A DNA stretch of 64,000 nucleotides from Nanobdellota archaeon (GTDB lineage Archaea > Nanobdellota > Nanobdellia > SCGC-AAA011-G17 > JAFCDX01). The stretch spans positions 58,584-122,583 of the forward strand of contig JBFMDT010000001.1 in assembly GCA_040753775.1 (NCBI GenBank), read 5' to 3'. Below the pieces are notes generated by a model. It was not told where the DNA came from. It made no database searches and saw nothing but the letters and a program-made list of their open reading frames with translations. This document shows, piece by piece, positions 1-9,983 of this stretch. Position numbers and translations under genes: made by a program. Each line of letters starts with the position of its first letter. Within the stretch, counting starts at the first letter, position 1.

Positions 1-35
1 TTTCTCTTTTTTACATATTTGGATGGAATTTTGTA

Positions 36-374
36 TTGTGGTCAAATCTTTATGTTCGCACCGACTTATTTACTCCGCTAAATATGATGTTTTTTGTTTT
101 TATTTTGGTATTAGCAAGCCTTGTTTTGACATTAAGCATCTATAATTTTAGGAACATGTGCTCTAGTAAAGGAAGCGCCTCTATAGTGTCTACAGCATTT
201 ACTTCTATGTGCCCTGGTTGCCCGCCACTTATTTTATCTTTCTTCAGTACAACCGCTGGCTTTGGCCTATTTTTGGTAAAGTTCAACATTTATATTAATA
301 TCATAATAATTATTTTATTACTTATATCTTTGTATTGGCTATCTTCAGTTAAATGTAATTTTAAAAATAGATGA
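36..374 (+). CDS. hypothetical polytopic membrane protein with CPGCP motif
   Basis: ORF with hydrophobic helices and a CxxC (CPGCP) motif; no recognisable family. Confidence 0.3.
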   Translation: MWSNLYVRTDLFTPLNMMFFVFILVLASLVLTLSIYNFRNMCSSKGSASIVSTAFTSMCPGCPPLILSFFSTTAGFGLFLVKFNIYINIIIIILLLISLYWLSSVKCNFKNR

Positions 375-823
375 TATGCAAATAGTTACATTTGAGTTGT
401 AACATAAATTTTATATATTACATCCATTTTTGATATATGGACAATTCGGTTGCCCTGGAAAGGGTATGATTATTGAAGGCCTCTGTCAAATGGTCGCTAT
501 TATTATTATGTCTGGACTATAACTCACAATAAGAAATCCACGTTTGATAAGCTTTTTATAACATGAAAAAGATAACCTTTAAAACAAGTTGAAGGGTTAA
601 GATTGATTTGACAGTTGTTTGAGGAACTTTTTCACCGAGTCCAGACAATATTTATAAAATATTTTTGTGAGGAAAGATGAAAAAGAAAATAAAAAAGAAT
701 AAATCTAAAAAGTCTGAGAGAAAGGCAAGTAAATCTATAAAAAAGAAAACCAGAGGACCCAGCAATAAAAGCAAGCTGTCAAAGGTAAAAAAATTAATAA
801 AATTGGCTAAAAGAAAAAAGTAA

Positions 824-1234
824 TCAATATTTTTTATGCGTATGTGCACAATTTTTACAGCAGAAGAATAAATATCTTCCATTTATCTTCTTTTTGTAAC
901 CACCAGAATAAATTTTACACCCACAATAATAGCATGCCTTTAGGTTCGGTTTTATCCCTAGGTTTATTATTTCATCAAGCCTTTTGAGCGTATTTTTAAT
1001 GAATCTTTTTCCGTCATTTGTCAAATAATAAACCTTTTTCTCCCTGCCCCCAACCCTATTTATTTTTATGTATTTAGCCTTCTTTAGAGTACTTAAAAAT
1101 GGATAAATGTTAGAAGCGCTTATCCTTTTATTCATCTTGATGCTCAGCTCTTTTATGAGCTCATAACCATGCTTAGGCTTTTGGTGCAATAATACAAGAA
1201 TGTACAGTTTTAGGATGTTATTTATTTTTAGCAT
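824..1234 (-). CDS. PadR-like winged-helix regulator with C-terminal TRASH metal-binding domain (CopT/CopR-like copper-responsive regulator)
   Basis: N-terminal HTH region (HQKPKHGYELIKEL); C-terminal C-x2-C-x20-C-x3-C (CYYCGC...FFCCKNC) matches TRASH spacing; lies next to the cop cluster. Confidence 0.6.
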   Translation of the reverse strand: MLKINNILKLYILVLLHQKPKHGYELIKELSIKMNKRISASNIYPFLSTLKKAKYIKINRVGGREKKVYYLTNDGKRFIKNTLKRLDEIINLGIKPNLKACYYCGCKIYSGGYKKKINGRYLFFCCKNCAHTHKKY

Positions 1235-1304
1235 TTATTTTATAGTATAGAAACATTTATATACTTTACTGATATATCAAAATTAGATATATAAAGGAGG
1301 TACA

Positions 1305-1604
1305 ATGACTAAAGAGAAAGCAGAATGCGGAAGGCTTAGCACCAAGGCACTTGCTATAGCCTTAGGCGTACTTTGGGGTGCTTATGTATTTTTGTTAGGC
1401 CTGGTTTTAACAGCATTCCCGAACATAAAATTTTTCTGGGTTAGCAAAGAGTTTTTAGCTATTTTAGCAACTTTATACCCAGGATATGCGGCTACACTAG
1501 CTGGAAGCTTCATAGGCTTGTTTTGGGGCTTCTTATGCGGCTTTGTTGGTGGGGCAATAATAGCCTGGCTGCACAACTTTACACTTGAGAAGTACTGCGA
1601 ATAG
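1305..1604 (+). CDS. small hypothetical membrane protein
   Basis: SD-like aaggagg 8 nt upstream of ATG; 3 predicted TM helices. Confidence 0.4.
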   Translation: MTKEKAECGRLSTKALAIALGVLWGAYVFLLGLVLTAFPNIKFFWVSKEFLAILATLYPGYAATLAGSFIGLFWGFLCGFVGGAIIAWLHNFTLEKYCE

Positions 1605-1624
1605 GCTGGAGTTTAAGGGGCAAG

Positions 1625-1768
1625 ATGAAAAAGTTAAGATTTTATAAGTGTAAAATATGCGGGAATATGTACAAAGAGCAAAATATAGCAAAGAAATGTG
1701 GGGATTTTTGCAGAAAAAATAATGCATGCTCAACTGAAATAGCAAAATATGCAATAAACAGGAGGTAA
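1625..1768 (+). CDS. small Cys-rich zinc-ribbon/TRASH-like protein (47 aa)
   Basis: Hand-translated short ORF below the ORF-track length cutoff (CKIC...CGDFC); translationally coupled to the next gene (taaaaatg). Confidence 0.35.
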   Translation: MKKLRFYKCKICGNMYKEQNIAKKCGDFCRKNNACSTEIAKYAINRR

Positions 1769-1770
1769 AA

Positions 1771-1950
1771 ATGCTCAGCTTATTCAAAAGAAGAGATCCT
1801 ATTTGCGGAATGAAGGAGGAGAAAGGAAAGGGCAGTGAAAAATATGGAAAATGGTTTTGTTCGGATAAATGCACCAAGGATTATGAAAAGATAATAAAAA
1901 GCTTATCAAACAAAGATAATAAAAAGCTTATCAAACGTGGATGCTGTTGA
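1771..1950 (+). CDS. YHS/TRASH-domain small metal-binding protein (CopM-like)
   Basis: DPICGM...WFCSDKC motif typical of YHS/TRASH domains; aggagg SD upstream; adjacent to copA. Confidence 0.5.
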   Translation: MLSLFKRRDPICGMKEEKGKGSEKYGKWFCSDKCTKDYEKIIKSLSNKDNKKLIKRGCC

Positions 1951-2012
1951 ACGAAACTATGATAAAAAATTAAAAAGCAGGACTTACTGAACAAATAATA
2001 TTCAAAATAAAT

Positions 2013-3026
2013 ATGCAATATGATGCAGTAATAGTTGGAGGAAGCTTTGCAGGATTAGCTGTTGCTTCTGAAGTTAGTGGAAGGGTATTGCTGATAGACA
2101 GAAAGAAAATTGGGGGCAATGTAACATCTGCATGCGGGACAAGGTATGACCTAGCAAGGGAAATAAGCAAGAAAAGTATATTGCAGAAATTTAATACTGT
2201 GACTTTAAATACAAAGAACAACGAGCATGAGGTAAAACTAAATTATCCCTATTGCACTATTGACTATGAAACATTTTGCAAAGACTGGATGAAAAAAATT
2301 GATGCTGAGTTTATAAAAACAAATGCAGTTGGATATAAAAATGGCAAGGGCGTGATAACAAAAAATGGTAATTATGATGCCAAATGTATAGTTGACTGCA
2401 GTGGATGGAATGCTGTAATAGCAAGCAGCCTGAGAAAAAACTTTGTCAATAAAAAAATGATGAGCTTTGGGATTGAAACAGAATTGAAATACAAAGATAA
2501 TACATTAAGATTTTTTGCTGATTCGGGCATAATAAAGAAAGGGGCTGCATGGATTTTCCCGATAGGCAATGAATCCAGATTTGGTGTTGCAAGCTATGTT
2601 GGCAGGACAAAAATCTTGGATAATTTAAAAAACTTTGTTAAAAGATACAAGCTAAGGCCTAAGAAAGTGTATGGCGGCTATTTTCCCTATGGATTAAGGG
2701 ATTGTGTTGCTGGAAACATCTTTCTCGTTGGAGATAGCGCTTGCCAGACAATTCCCTTGACAGGAGAGGGCATAAGAATAGCGGTCAATTATGGAAGGGA
2801 ATGCGGAAAAATAGTGCAAAAAGTCATAGACAATGAAATAACATTAGAGCAAGGCTTAAATATGTACGGGGAAATAGGAAACAAAAATAAAAGATATTAT
2901 GAGCTTATACTTAAGGCGCAGAATATGTTTATAAATATGAGCGATGTTACAATAGAAAGATTTGCCAAACTGCTTGATAACAAAATGCTTATGAAGATAA
3001 TGGAGGAAAAATACCAGGGGTTATGA
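2013..3026 (+). CDS. FAD-dependent oxidoreductase, geranylgeranyl-reductase family
   Basis: N-terminal GxGxxG FAD fold ([12 protein letters not shown]) and C-terminal LVGDSAC...PLTGEGI signature of the GGR family; stop overlaps the copA start (ATGA). Confidence 0.65.
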   Translation: MQYDAVIVGGSFAGLAVASEVSGRVLLIDRKKIGGNVTSACGTRYDLAREISKKSILQKFNTVTLNTKNNEHEVKLNYPYCTIDYETFCKDWMKKIDAEFIKTNAVGYKNGKGVITKNGNYDAKCIVDCSGWNAVIASSLRKNFVNKKMMSFGIETELKYKDNTLRFFADSGIIKKGAAWIFPIGNESRFGVASYVGRTKILDNLKNFVKRYKLRPKKVYGGYFPYGLRDCVAGNIFLVGDSACQTIPLTGEGIRIAVNYGRECGKIVQKVIDNEITLEQGLNMYGEIGNKNKRYYELILKAQNMFINMSDVTIERFAKLLDNKMLMKIMEEKYQGL

Positions 3027-5476
3027 CAAAAAAAATAATAGCAATAAGCGGAATGCATTGTGCTAGCTGTGCAAACACAATAGAAAAGGCTTTAAAAAAA
3101 CTTAAGGGAATAAAAGATGCTTCTGTCAATTATGCAACAGAAAAGGCAACAATAGAGCATGATGAAAAGTTTGAGATGTCTGAAGCTGCTAAGGCAATAA
3201 AAAGTCTTGGATATACACCATTGGAAGCAGAGGCTGTTGCTAAGGGAGAAATAAGGCTTAAAGTTATAGGAATGTCAAGCCCGCACTGCTCAAACATAGT
3301 CCAAAATGCATTGAACAAGCTTAAGGGAATAACAAATGCAGAGCTTAATTTTGCAAACGAGCTGGCAGTAATAAAATACAACCCAAATATTATAAATGTC
3401 AAAGGGATAAAGAATGAGCTCAAAAAGGCTGGCTACGAGGCTATTGAAGAAAGTTTTGTTGACAGGGAAAAAGAGGCAAGACAGAGGGACATCAGAACAT
3501 TAAGATTAGAATTCATAGTCAGTTTAATTCTTAGTATTCCTATAGTTCTCATAAGTATTCCTGATTGGTTTGGTATAGAAGTCCCATTTGTAAGTGTTCC
3601 ACATGCTTATATGAATTATGTACTTTTCATATTAACAACACCAATTCAATTGATAATAGCAAAAAGATTTTACAAGGGAATGTATTTTGCACTGAAAAAT
3701 AAATCAGCGAACATGGATACTTTAATAGCAGTGGGAACATCAGCTGCTTACTTATACAGTGTTGTTGTAACATTTTTTCCAAATATATTTCAGGACAATG
3801 TTTATTACGATGTTTCTGCCATTATCATTACATTCATAATCCTTGGAAAATATTTAGAGGCTGTCATGAAGGGAAAGACTTCAGAGGCTATTAAAAAATT
3901 GCTTGGATTAAGGCCAAAAACAGCAAGAGTTGTAAGAAATGGCAAGGAGATTGAAATAAGCATAGATGATGTAAGGGTGAATGACATTGTTGTTATAAAA
4001 CCAGGAGAAAAGATCCCTGTTGATGGAATTGTAATTGAGGGAAGCACTTCTGTTGATGAAAGCATGATTACTGGGGAGAGCATTCCTGTTGAGAAAAATA
4101 AGGGAGATGAGGTAATAGGAGCTACAATAAATAAAAATGGATTAATCAAATTTAAAGCAACTAAGGTTGGAAAGGACACTGTATTAGCACAGATTATTAA
4201 GCTTGTTGAGGAAGCACAGGGAAGCAAAGCACCAATACAAAGGCTGGCTGACAAGGTAAGCAGTTATTTTGTTCCTGTTGTCATAGTAATTGCTGTTTTA
4301 TCAGCTTTATTCTGGTATTTTATTGGAGCAAGCTTAACTACACTCAGCATGGCACCATTTGTATTTTCTTTAAGCATTTTTGTAGCTGTATTGATAATTG
4401 CATGCCCTTGCGCTCTTGGCTTAGCAACACCAACAGCTATAATGGTTGGAACAGGAAAGGGAGCTGAAAATGGAATCTTGATTAAGGGGGGTGAAGCATT
4501 AGAAACAGCGCATAAGTTAACAACAGTTATATTCGATAAAACAGGAACATTGACAAAAGGAAAGCCAGAGGTGACGGATATTGTTGCAGCAGAAAAATTT
4601 AATGAAAATGATGTTTTGAAATATGCTGCAATTGCTGAAAAGGGAAGCGAGCATCCATTAGCAGATGCCATTTTGAATAAGGTAAAGAAGATTGCAGGAT
4701 TTAAGATACCAGAAGCAAGTTCATTTAAGGCCCTGCCAGGATTGGGAGTTGAGGTAAAATACAAAGGAACAGAAATTTTATTGGGGAACAGAAAATTAAT
4801 GATTGATAAAAAAGTTGATATAAAAGATTTGGAAGACAATATTAGGAAATTAGAAGAGCAAGGAAAGACTGTAATTGTAGTTTCTTTTAGAAGAAAGGCT
4901 ATAGGAATAATTGCTGTTGCGGATACTTTAAAGGAGAATAGCAAAGAGGCTGTTGAAATTCTGCATAAAATGAAGAAAGAAGTAGTGATGATAACCGGTG
5001 ATAATGAAAGAACAGCAAGGGCTATTGCAAGCAAAATTGGAATTGATAGGGTGTTAGCTGATGTTTTGCCTGGAGAGAAAGCCCATGCTGTTAAGAAGCT
5101 GCAGGAAGAGGGAAAGATTGTTGCTTTTACAGGAGATGGGATCAATGATGCCCCGGCAATGGCACAGGCAGATGTAGGGATTGCTGTTGGCTCTGGAACT
5201 GATGTTGCTATTGAGACTGGCGATATTATATTAATTAAGGATGACTTGAGGGATGTTGTAAGGGCAATCAACCTGAGCAAATACACATTGAAAAAGATTA
5301 AACAAAATTTATTCTGGGCATTTTTTTACAATAGTGTTGGAATCCCTGTTGCAGCTGGTATATTGTACCCTCTTGGATTTTTGCTTAACCCAATAATAGC
5401 AGGCGCTGCAATGGCTTTTAGCTCTGTAAGCGTTGTAGGAAATTCCTTGCTGATGAGAAGGTATAAGGTAAAATGA
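3023..5476 (+). CDS. copA: Cu+-exporting P1B-type ATPase with two N-terminal HMA domains
   Basis: Two GMxCxxC metal-binding motifs, CPC transmembrane motif ([10 protein letters not shown]), DKTGTLT phosphorylation site, GDGINDAP hinge. Confidence 0.95.
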   Translation: MTKKIIAISGMHCASCANTIEKALKKLKGIKDASVNYATEKATIEHDEKFEMSEAAKAIKSLGYTPLEAEAVAKGEIRLKVIGMSSPHCSNIVQNALNKLKGITNAELNFANELAVIKYNPNIINVKGIKNELKKAGYEAIEESFVDREKEARQRDIRTLRLEFIVSLILSIPIVLISIPDWFGIEVPFVSVPHAYMNYVLFILTTPIQLIIAKRFYKGMYFALKNKSANMDTLIAVGTSAAYLYSVVVTFFPNIFQDNVYYDVSAIIITFIILGKYLEAVMKGKTSEAIKKLLGLRPKTARVVRNGKEIEISIDDVRVNDIVVIKPGEKIPVDGIVIEGSTSVDESMITGESIPVEKNKGDEVIGATINKNGLIKFKATKVGKDTVLAQIIKLVEEAQGSKAPIQRLADKVSSYFVPVVIVIAVLSALFWYFIGASLTTLSMAPFVFSLSIFVAVLIIACPCALGLATPTAIMVGTGKGAENGILIKGGEALETAHKLTTVIFDKTGTLTKGKPEVTDIVAAEKFNENDVLKYAAIAEKGSEHPLADAILNKVKKIAGFKIPEASSFKALPGLGVEVKYKGTEILLGNRKLMIDKKVDIKDLEDNIRKLEEQGKTVIVVSFRRKAIGIIAVADTLKENSKEAVEILHKMKKEVVMITGDNERTARAIASKIGIDRVLADVLPGEKAHAVKKLQEEGKIVAFTGDGINDAPAMAQADVGIAVGSGTDVAIETGDIILIKDDLRDVVRAINLSKYTLKKIKQNLFWAFFYNSVGIPVAAGILYPLGFLLNPIIAGAAMAFSSVSVVGNSLLMRRYKVK

Positions 5477-5991
5477 TTGATTTAATATTAATAATTATTT
5501 TCATGGTGCTTTCTATAGACATCTTCATGGTTTACAAGTATAAGGTGATGCACAAGTCAAGACACAAATATGGGTTGGCTGCCTTGCATGTGCTTGTTCT
5601 GCTATTAAACATAATCTTTATTTTTTACTTGGGAATAAAATATTACAATGATATTAAGACAAATTTTTTAGGTTATGTTTTCGTTTTAATCGGCTTTTTG
5701 CTGGGTTTGGCTGCATTACGCACTATAAAAGAAACAGCTATTCTGCCAAAAAACAAATTGGTTGTTAAAGGCCCTTACAAATATATGAGGCACCCTATAT
5801 ACATGGCAGATATTATAATGCTGTTTGGGCTCAGCTTAGTATTTGGCTCTTTATACCTTTTAACTTACACAATAGCTTTGGTGTTTGCACTAAGATATTT
5901 GGCTAAAAAAGAGGAGAAAGAGCTTGTAAAGAGATTTGGAAATAATTATAAGGATTATATACAGAAGGTAAAGGGGTTTGGTATTTTCTAA
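5473..5991 (+). CDS. ICMT/phospholipid-methyltransferase-family membrane methyltransferase
   Basis: Polytopic membrane protein with C-terminal ICMT-like motif (RHPIY...E-x-E-L-x-x-FG); start overlaps the copA stop. Confidence 0.55.
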   Translation: MIDLILIIIFMVLSIDIFMVYKYKVMHKSRHKYGLAALHVLVLLLNIIFIFYLGIKYYNDIKTNFLGYVFVLIGFLLGLAALRTIKETAILPKNKLVVKGPYKYMRHPIYMADIIMLFGLSLVFGSLYLLTYTIALVFALRYLAKKEEKELVKRFGNNYKDYIQKVKGFGIF

Positions 5992-7146
5992 ATGAAAGGG
6001 AAGTTATCAAAAAATGTAATCTGGATGGGCGTCGTAAGTTTGCTTACTGATGTTAGTAGCGAGATGATTTTTCCAATACTACCATTGTTTTTGGCAAACA
6101 TTCTTAATGCAAGCAAGTCCGCAATAGGCATTATAGAAGGGCTTGCTGAGAGCACTGCATCCATATTAAAAGTATTTTCTGGATGGCTTTCAGATAAGCT
6201 CAACAAAAGGAAGGCAATTATTGTTTTTGGATACAGCCTTAGCACAATTATGAAACCCTTGTTTGCAGTCTCAACATTATGGCAGTATGTTTTAGTTATA
6301 AGATTTTTTGACAGGTTTGGAAAGGGAACAAGAGATCCGCCGAGAGATGCCTTAATTGCAGCATCAACAAATAAAGATGTTAAAGGAAGGGCATTTGGGT
6401 TTCACAAGATGATGGACACTATAGGGGCTATCATAGGAACGCTTGCTGCATTTTTGCTTTTGGCATTTGCCTTCAACTACAGGAGCATATTCTGGTTCAG
6501 TTTTATTCCAGGGGCAATCGCTGTTTTAGTGCTTATATTTTTTGTAAAGGAAATCAAAAATAAAGTAAACAATGAGATAAAGCTAAAGGAAAGTTTTGGA
6601 AGAGAATTCAAGATATTTGTTTTAATATCATCCTTGTTTTCTTTAGGAAACTTCAGTTACGCCTTTTTTATACTTAAGGCGCAGGAATTTGTACAAGCTT
6701 TGTTTATTCCTATCATTTATCTTCTTTATAATGTGTCCTATGCCTTGTTTGCAATGCCAGCCGGTAATTTATCAGACAAGTTCGGCAGGAGAAATATTAT
6801 TGCAATAGGCTATATTTTATTTGGCATTGTTGCATTTGCATTTACTGTTATAGCAAACAGCATTTTTGCATGGGTTCTATTTATTTTTTATGGAATATCT
6901 ATAGCTTTCAGAGAGGCTGTTTCAAGGGCTTATGTAACAGACTTGGTCGACAAGGACAAGAGGGCTACTGCTTTTGGTGTATTTTATATGGCTAATGGTC
7001 TAGTGATGTTTCCTGCCAGCATTATTGCAGGGAAATTATGGGACATTTATGGAAGCAATTTGGTATTTTTGTATGCATCTGTCATATCTATAATTTCAGC
7101 TGTTTTGCTTTTGTTATTGCTTGACAAAAAGCTTAAAAATAATTGA
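5992..7146 (+). CDS. MFS transporter
   Basis: 12-TM architecture with an MFS-like GxxxDRxGRR motif (DKFGRRN). Confidence 0.75.
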   Translation: MKGKLSKNVIWMGVVSLLTDVSSEMIFPILPLFLANILNASKSAIGIIEGLAESTASILKVFSGWLSDKLNKRKAIIVFGYSLSTIMKPLFAVSTLWQYVLVIRFFDRFGKGTRDPPRDALIAASTNKDVKGRAFGFHKMMDTIGAIIGTLAAFLLLAFAFNYRSIFWFSFIPGAIAVLVLIFFVKEIKNKVNNEIKLKESFGREFKIFVLISSLFSLGNFSYAFFILKAQEFVQALFIPIIYLLYNVSYALFAMPAGNLSDKFGRRNIIAIGYILFGIVAFAFTVIANSIFAWVLFIFYGISIAFREAVSRAYVTDLVDKDKRATAFGVFYMANGLVMFPASIIAGKLWDIYGSNLVFLYASVISIISAVLLLLLLDKKLKNN

Positions 7147-7161
7147 GGCTTTTGATTAACT

Positions 7162-7467
7162 ATGAAGAGGCTTTGTTTGATCGTTTTAATTAGTATTTTT
7201 TTAGGCGGTTGCGCTCAGCAAATAGAGCCCAAAGAGCAAGTTGTTTCCAAGTGCATTGAGCTATGCAATTCCAAGTTAGACACGCAAGATTTAAATAACG
7301 GGCCTTGCTTAGGATTAATAGCTAATGATTGGGTGTGCGATGTTGCGCATAACCCAAGGCAGGCAGTGGACAATATTCAGGAAAATCAATGCAGTGAATT
7401 TAGGGAAGGAAAAGCAAAACATTTTATTGAGGTTGATCCAAAATGCGAACTAATAAGAGCAGTATAA
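7162..7467 (+). CDS. Cys-rich lipoprotein, hypothetical
   Basis: Signal peptide plus lipobox (FLGGC); 8 Cys residues. Confidence 0.4.
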   Translation: MKRLCLIVLISIFLGGCAQQIEPKEQVVSKCIELCNSKLDTQDLNNGPCLGLIANDWVCDVAHNPRQAVDNIQENQCSEFREGKAKHFIEVDPKCELIRAV

Positions 7468-7799
7468 AAATCATTTTAGCCTTATTCTTAATCTTGTTTA
7501 TTGCAGCGTGTGCACAGCAAGCAGAAGAACAAAGCTCAGCTGTTGAAGCGCAGGATACAGCACTTATAGAGATTAGCAATTTTCAGTTTGTTCCAGGCAC
7601 AGCTACAATTAAAAGGGGTGGAACAGTAACTTGGGTGCAAAAAGATTCTGTAGCACATACGATTGCTATCAAGGATTTACAAACATCATCTTTATTAAAT
7701 GAGGGAGAGCAATGGAACTTTACTTTTGACAAGACAGGAAGCTACAGTTATATATGCAGCATACATCCCAGCATGAAGGGAAAGATAATTGTTAAATGA
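7443..7799 (+). CDS. cupredoxin (blue copper protein, plastocyanin/amicyanin-like) lipoprotein
   Basis: Lipobox (FIAAC) and type-1 copper ligand pattern H...C-x2-H-x4-M (HTIAIK...YICSIHPSMKG). Confidence 0.7.
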   Translation: MRTNKSSIKIILALFLILFIAACAQQAEEQSSAVEAQDTALIEISNFQFVPGTATIKRGGTVTWVQKDSVAHTIAIKDLQTSSLLNEGEQWNFTFDKTGSYSYICSIHPSMKGKIIVK

Positions 7800-7838
7800 G
7801 AGCAAAAGATTTAAAAAATGACATAATGATCATTCTAT

Positions 7839-8624
7839 ATGAAGCACAGCATAAAAATAACAGTAATACTCCTTTCTTTGTTTATTTTAGCACAAATTAT
7901 TGGTCTTGTTATAGTAAAAAACTATATTTCAGAGCCTCTGCCGTATAAAATTGAAAAGCCGGAGATTAGAGAGACAACATCTTTTATACCCCTGACTTTT
8001 GCTATATTAATTGCAACTGCCTTAGCCCTGTTTTTATTGTATTTCAGGGCAAGGAGAATATGGAAATTTTGGTTTTTTATAAGCGTGTTATTCTGCCTGC
8101 TTATAGCATTTGGGGTATTTGTAAATGAAAAAATCGCTTTAATACTTGCGTTTGTTTTTTCTTTGCTGAAGGTATACAAGCCAAATGTAATACTTCATAA
8201 TTTGACTGAGTTATTTATCTATGGGGGCTTAGCTGCCTTATTTGTCCCTATACTTAATATTTTTTCTATTTCAGTTCTTCTTGTTATAATTTCTCTGTAT
8301 GATATGATTGCTGTATGGAAGACAAAGTATATGGTAAAAATGGTGAAGTTTCAGAGCAAGCTAAAGGTGTTTGCAGGATTGCTTATACCTTATGGAAAGG
8401 ACAAGACAGCAATTCTTGGTGGGGGTGATATTGGATTTCCGCTGCTGTTTTCAGGGACAGTACTTAAGACTTATGGCTTGCAGCCAGCTTTATTTTCCAT
8501 AATTTTTACAAGCCTTGCTTTATTGTTTTTATTGCTGATAGCTGAGAAGAAAAAGTATTATCCTGCAATGCCTTTCTTGGCTGCTGGGTGCTTTATTAGT
8601 TTATTAATTATAAATTTAATTTGA
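7839..8624 (+). CDS. presenilin/signal-peptide-peptidase family intramembrane aspartyl protease homolog
   Basis: Polytopic protein with YD (SLYDMIAV), GxGD (LGGGDIGFP) and PAL-like (YPAMPFLA) motifs in the canonical order. Confidence 0.55.
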   Translation: MKHSIKITVILLSLFILAQIIGLVIVKNYISEPLPYKIEKPEIRETTSFIPLTFAILIATALALFLLYFRARRIWKFWFFISVLFCLLIAFGVFVNEKIALILAFVFSLLKVYKPNVILHNLTELFIYGGLAALFVPILNIFSISVLLVIISLYDMIAVWKTKYMVKMVKFQSKLKVFAGLLIPYGKDKTAILGGGDIGFPLLFSGTVLKTYGLQPALFSIIFTSLALLFLLLIAEKKKYYPAMPFLAAGCFISLLIINLI

Positions 8625-8680
8625 ATAAAGAAAAAGGGCCGAAGGAAAAACCTCGATGATGGGAAAGGGAAAAGCCTCGG

Positions 8681-8796
8681 AAATGGGAAGGTTTTGAATG
8701 AGGCTGGAGCTTGCTAAAGTGTTGAATTTTGGCAGTGTAGGGCTTATGCTTGGGGTTCCACAGGAAATGAGGTCTCGATTGTGGGAAAGGGTGTAG
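8681..8796. repeat. upstream copy of ~110-bp imperfect direct repeat flanking the HEPN/MNT cassette (core 56 bp, 8741-8796, near-identical to 9675-9730)
   Basis: Direct comparison: tggggttccacaggaaatgaggtctcgattgtgggaaagggtgtag is present at both sites, with extended similarity upstream (aggttttgaat...). Confidence 0.8.
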
Positions 8797-8896
8797 TAGA
8801 GGGTGGAAATGAATGGTAGATAAAGAGGATGAAATTAAGGGAAGAAATATTTAAATAGTTGGAAAAAGAAAAATAGTATGGAAAAAGAGGGAAGGT

Positions 8897-9277
8897 ATGA
8901 GAAAAGAAATTGAGGATTGGGTAAAGCAAGCACTTGCAGATTTAAGAAAAGCCGAAGTTCTAATCAATAGCAAAAATTTTGATGGGGCTGTATTTTTCTG
9001 TCAACAGGCAGTAGAAAAATCTCTGAAAGCTTTATACATGCTTAAATTAAAAGAAATTCCAAAAGGACACTCTATAATTTATTTTGCACAAAAGGTTAAT
9101 GTTCCAAAAGAAATGCTGTCAGGCATAAGGGACTTGAATCCAGAGTATTTGATTACAAGATATCCTGATATGGCTGCAGGCATTCCTGCAGAACTTTATG
9201 ATGCAGAGATTGCTAATAGACATAAAAAAACTGCAGAACAGGTGCTAAAATGGGTAGAACAAAAGATAAAAAAATAA
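8897..9277 (+). CDS. HEPN-domain protein (toxin component of a HEPN/MNT pair)
   Basis: HEPN-like helical protein (AVFFCQQAVEKSLKALY...RYPD); overlaps the downstream MNT gene by 28 nt. Confidence 0.8.
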   Translation: MRKEIEDWVKQALADLRKAEVLINSKNFDGAVFFCQQAVEKSLKALYMLKLKEIPKGHSIIYFAQKVNVPKEMLSGIRDLNPEYLITRYPDMAAGIPAELYDAEIANRHKKTAEQVLKWVEQKIKK

Positions 9278-9564
9278 AAGATTTTATCAATAAAATTAAA
9301 AAAAAATATAATGTACAAAATGCAATATTATTTGGAAGCAGGGCAAGAGGCGATTACTTAAAAAACAGCGATTACGACATTATTATTGTCTCTAAAGATT
9401 TTAAAGGCATTTTTTTTACACAGAGGATTGCTAAAATGTATGCCTTTTGGAAATATTACCCGCTTGAAATAGAGCCTTTGTGCTATACCCCAGAAGAGTT
9501 TAAGAAAAAAGCAAAAGAGCATGGGACTGTTAGAACTGCGATTAAAGAAGGGATTAAGTTATAA
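9250..9564 (+). CDS. minimal nucleotidyltransferase (MNT, antitoxin component)
   Basis: GS-x9-DxD nucleotidyltransferase motif (GSRARGDYLKNSDYDIIIV). Confidence 0.8.
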   Translation: MGRTKDKKIKDFINKIKKKYNVQNAILFGSRARGDYLKNSDYDIIIVSKDFKGIFFTQRIAKMYAFWKYYPLEIEPLCYTPEEFKKKAKEHGTVRTAIKEGIKL

Positions 9565-9629
9565 AAAGCAATAAGAAGAATCTATAGAAAATGAGGTCTC
9601 GAAATAGGCCTCGATTCTGAGAAGGTTTT

Positions 9630-9730
9630 GAATAAGGTAGGATTTTTCGGAAATGCAGAATTTTACTGGTATAAGGCTTGCTGTTGGGGTTCCACAGGAA
9701 ATGAGGTCTCGATTGTGGGAAAGGGTGTAG
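9630..9730. repeat. downstream copy of the direct repeat flanking the HEPN/MNT cassette
   Basis: See 8681-8796; also contains the aggtctcga/gggaaagg submotifs. Confidence 0.8.
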
Positions 9731-9983
9731 GTGGGGGAAGACAGGACTGAGTGGAAAGGTACAGTAAAGAAGGGTTCTATACAAAGGGCAATGAAGATGA
9801 TATTGGATTTGGAAAGGGGGACAGCTAACCATGCTTTCCGCTGTAATGCAGTACAACATGGAACGGAGGCTTGCTTAACTTCCAGGTTCGAAATGTTTCT
9901 GGGTGGTTCCAAGCCCCTCTGGCCGTCCTGACGTCCATACGCACTTCAGGGTTAATAAGCTTTATGGTTGTGTCAGTACTCCT

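Noticed and set aside
1382-1877. Minus-strand ORFs overlapping the small Cys-rich plus-strand genes
   Set aside because: The plus-strand genes have SD sequences, translational coupling and metal-binding motifs. The minus ORFs have none.
3130-5286. Antisense ORFs (97, 149, 340 aa) within copA
   Set aside because: They lie entirely inside a well-supported P-type ATPase gene on the opposite strand and have low-complexity Ser/Thr/Ile-rich composition typical of antisense artefacts in AT-rich DNA.
8681-9730. Two distant repeats as a CRISPR-like or attL/attR pair of a large prophage
   Set aside because: There are only two copies 934 bp apart, enclosing just the HEPN/MNT pair. It was treated as a cassette boundary, not a CRISPR array or prophage.
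9860-9900. ccaggttcgaaatg as a tRNA T-arm
   Set aside because: No complementary 3' T-stem strand, acceptor stem or anticodon arm could be found. It is kept only as part of the unexplained GC-rich stretch.
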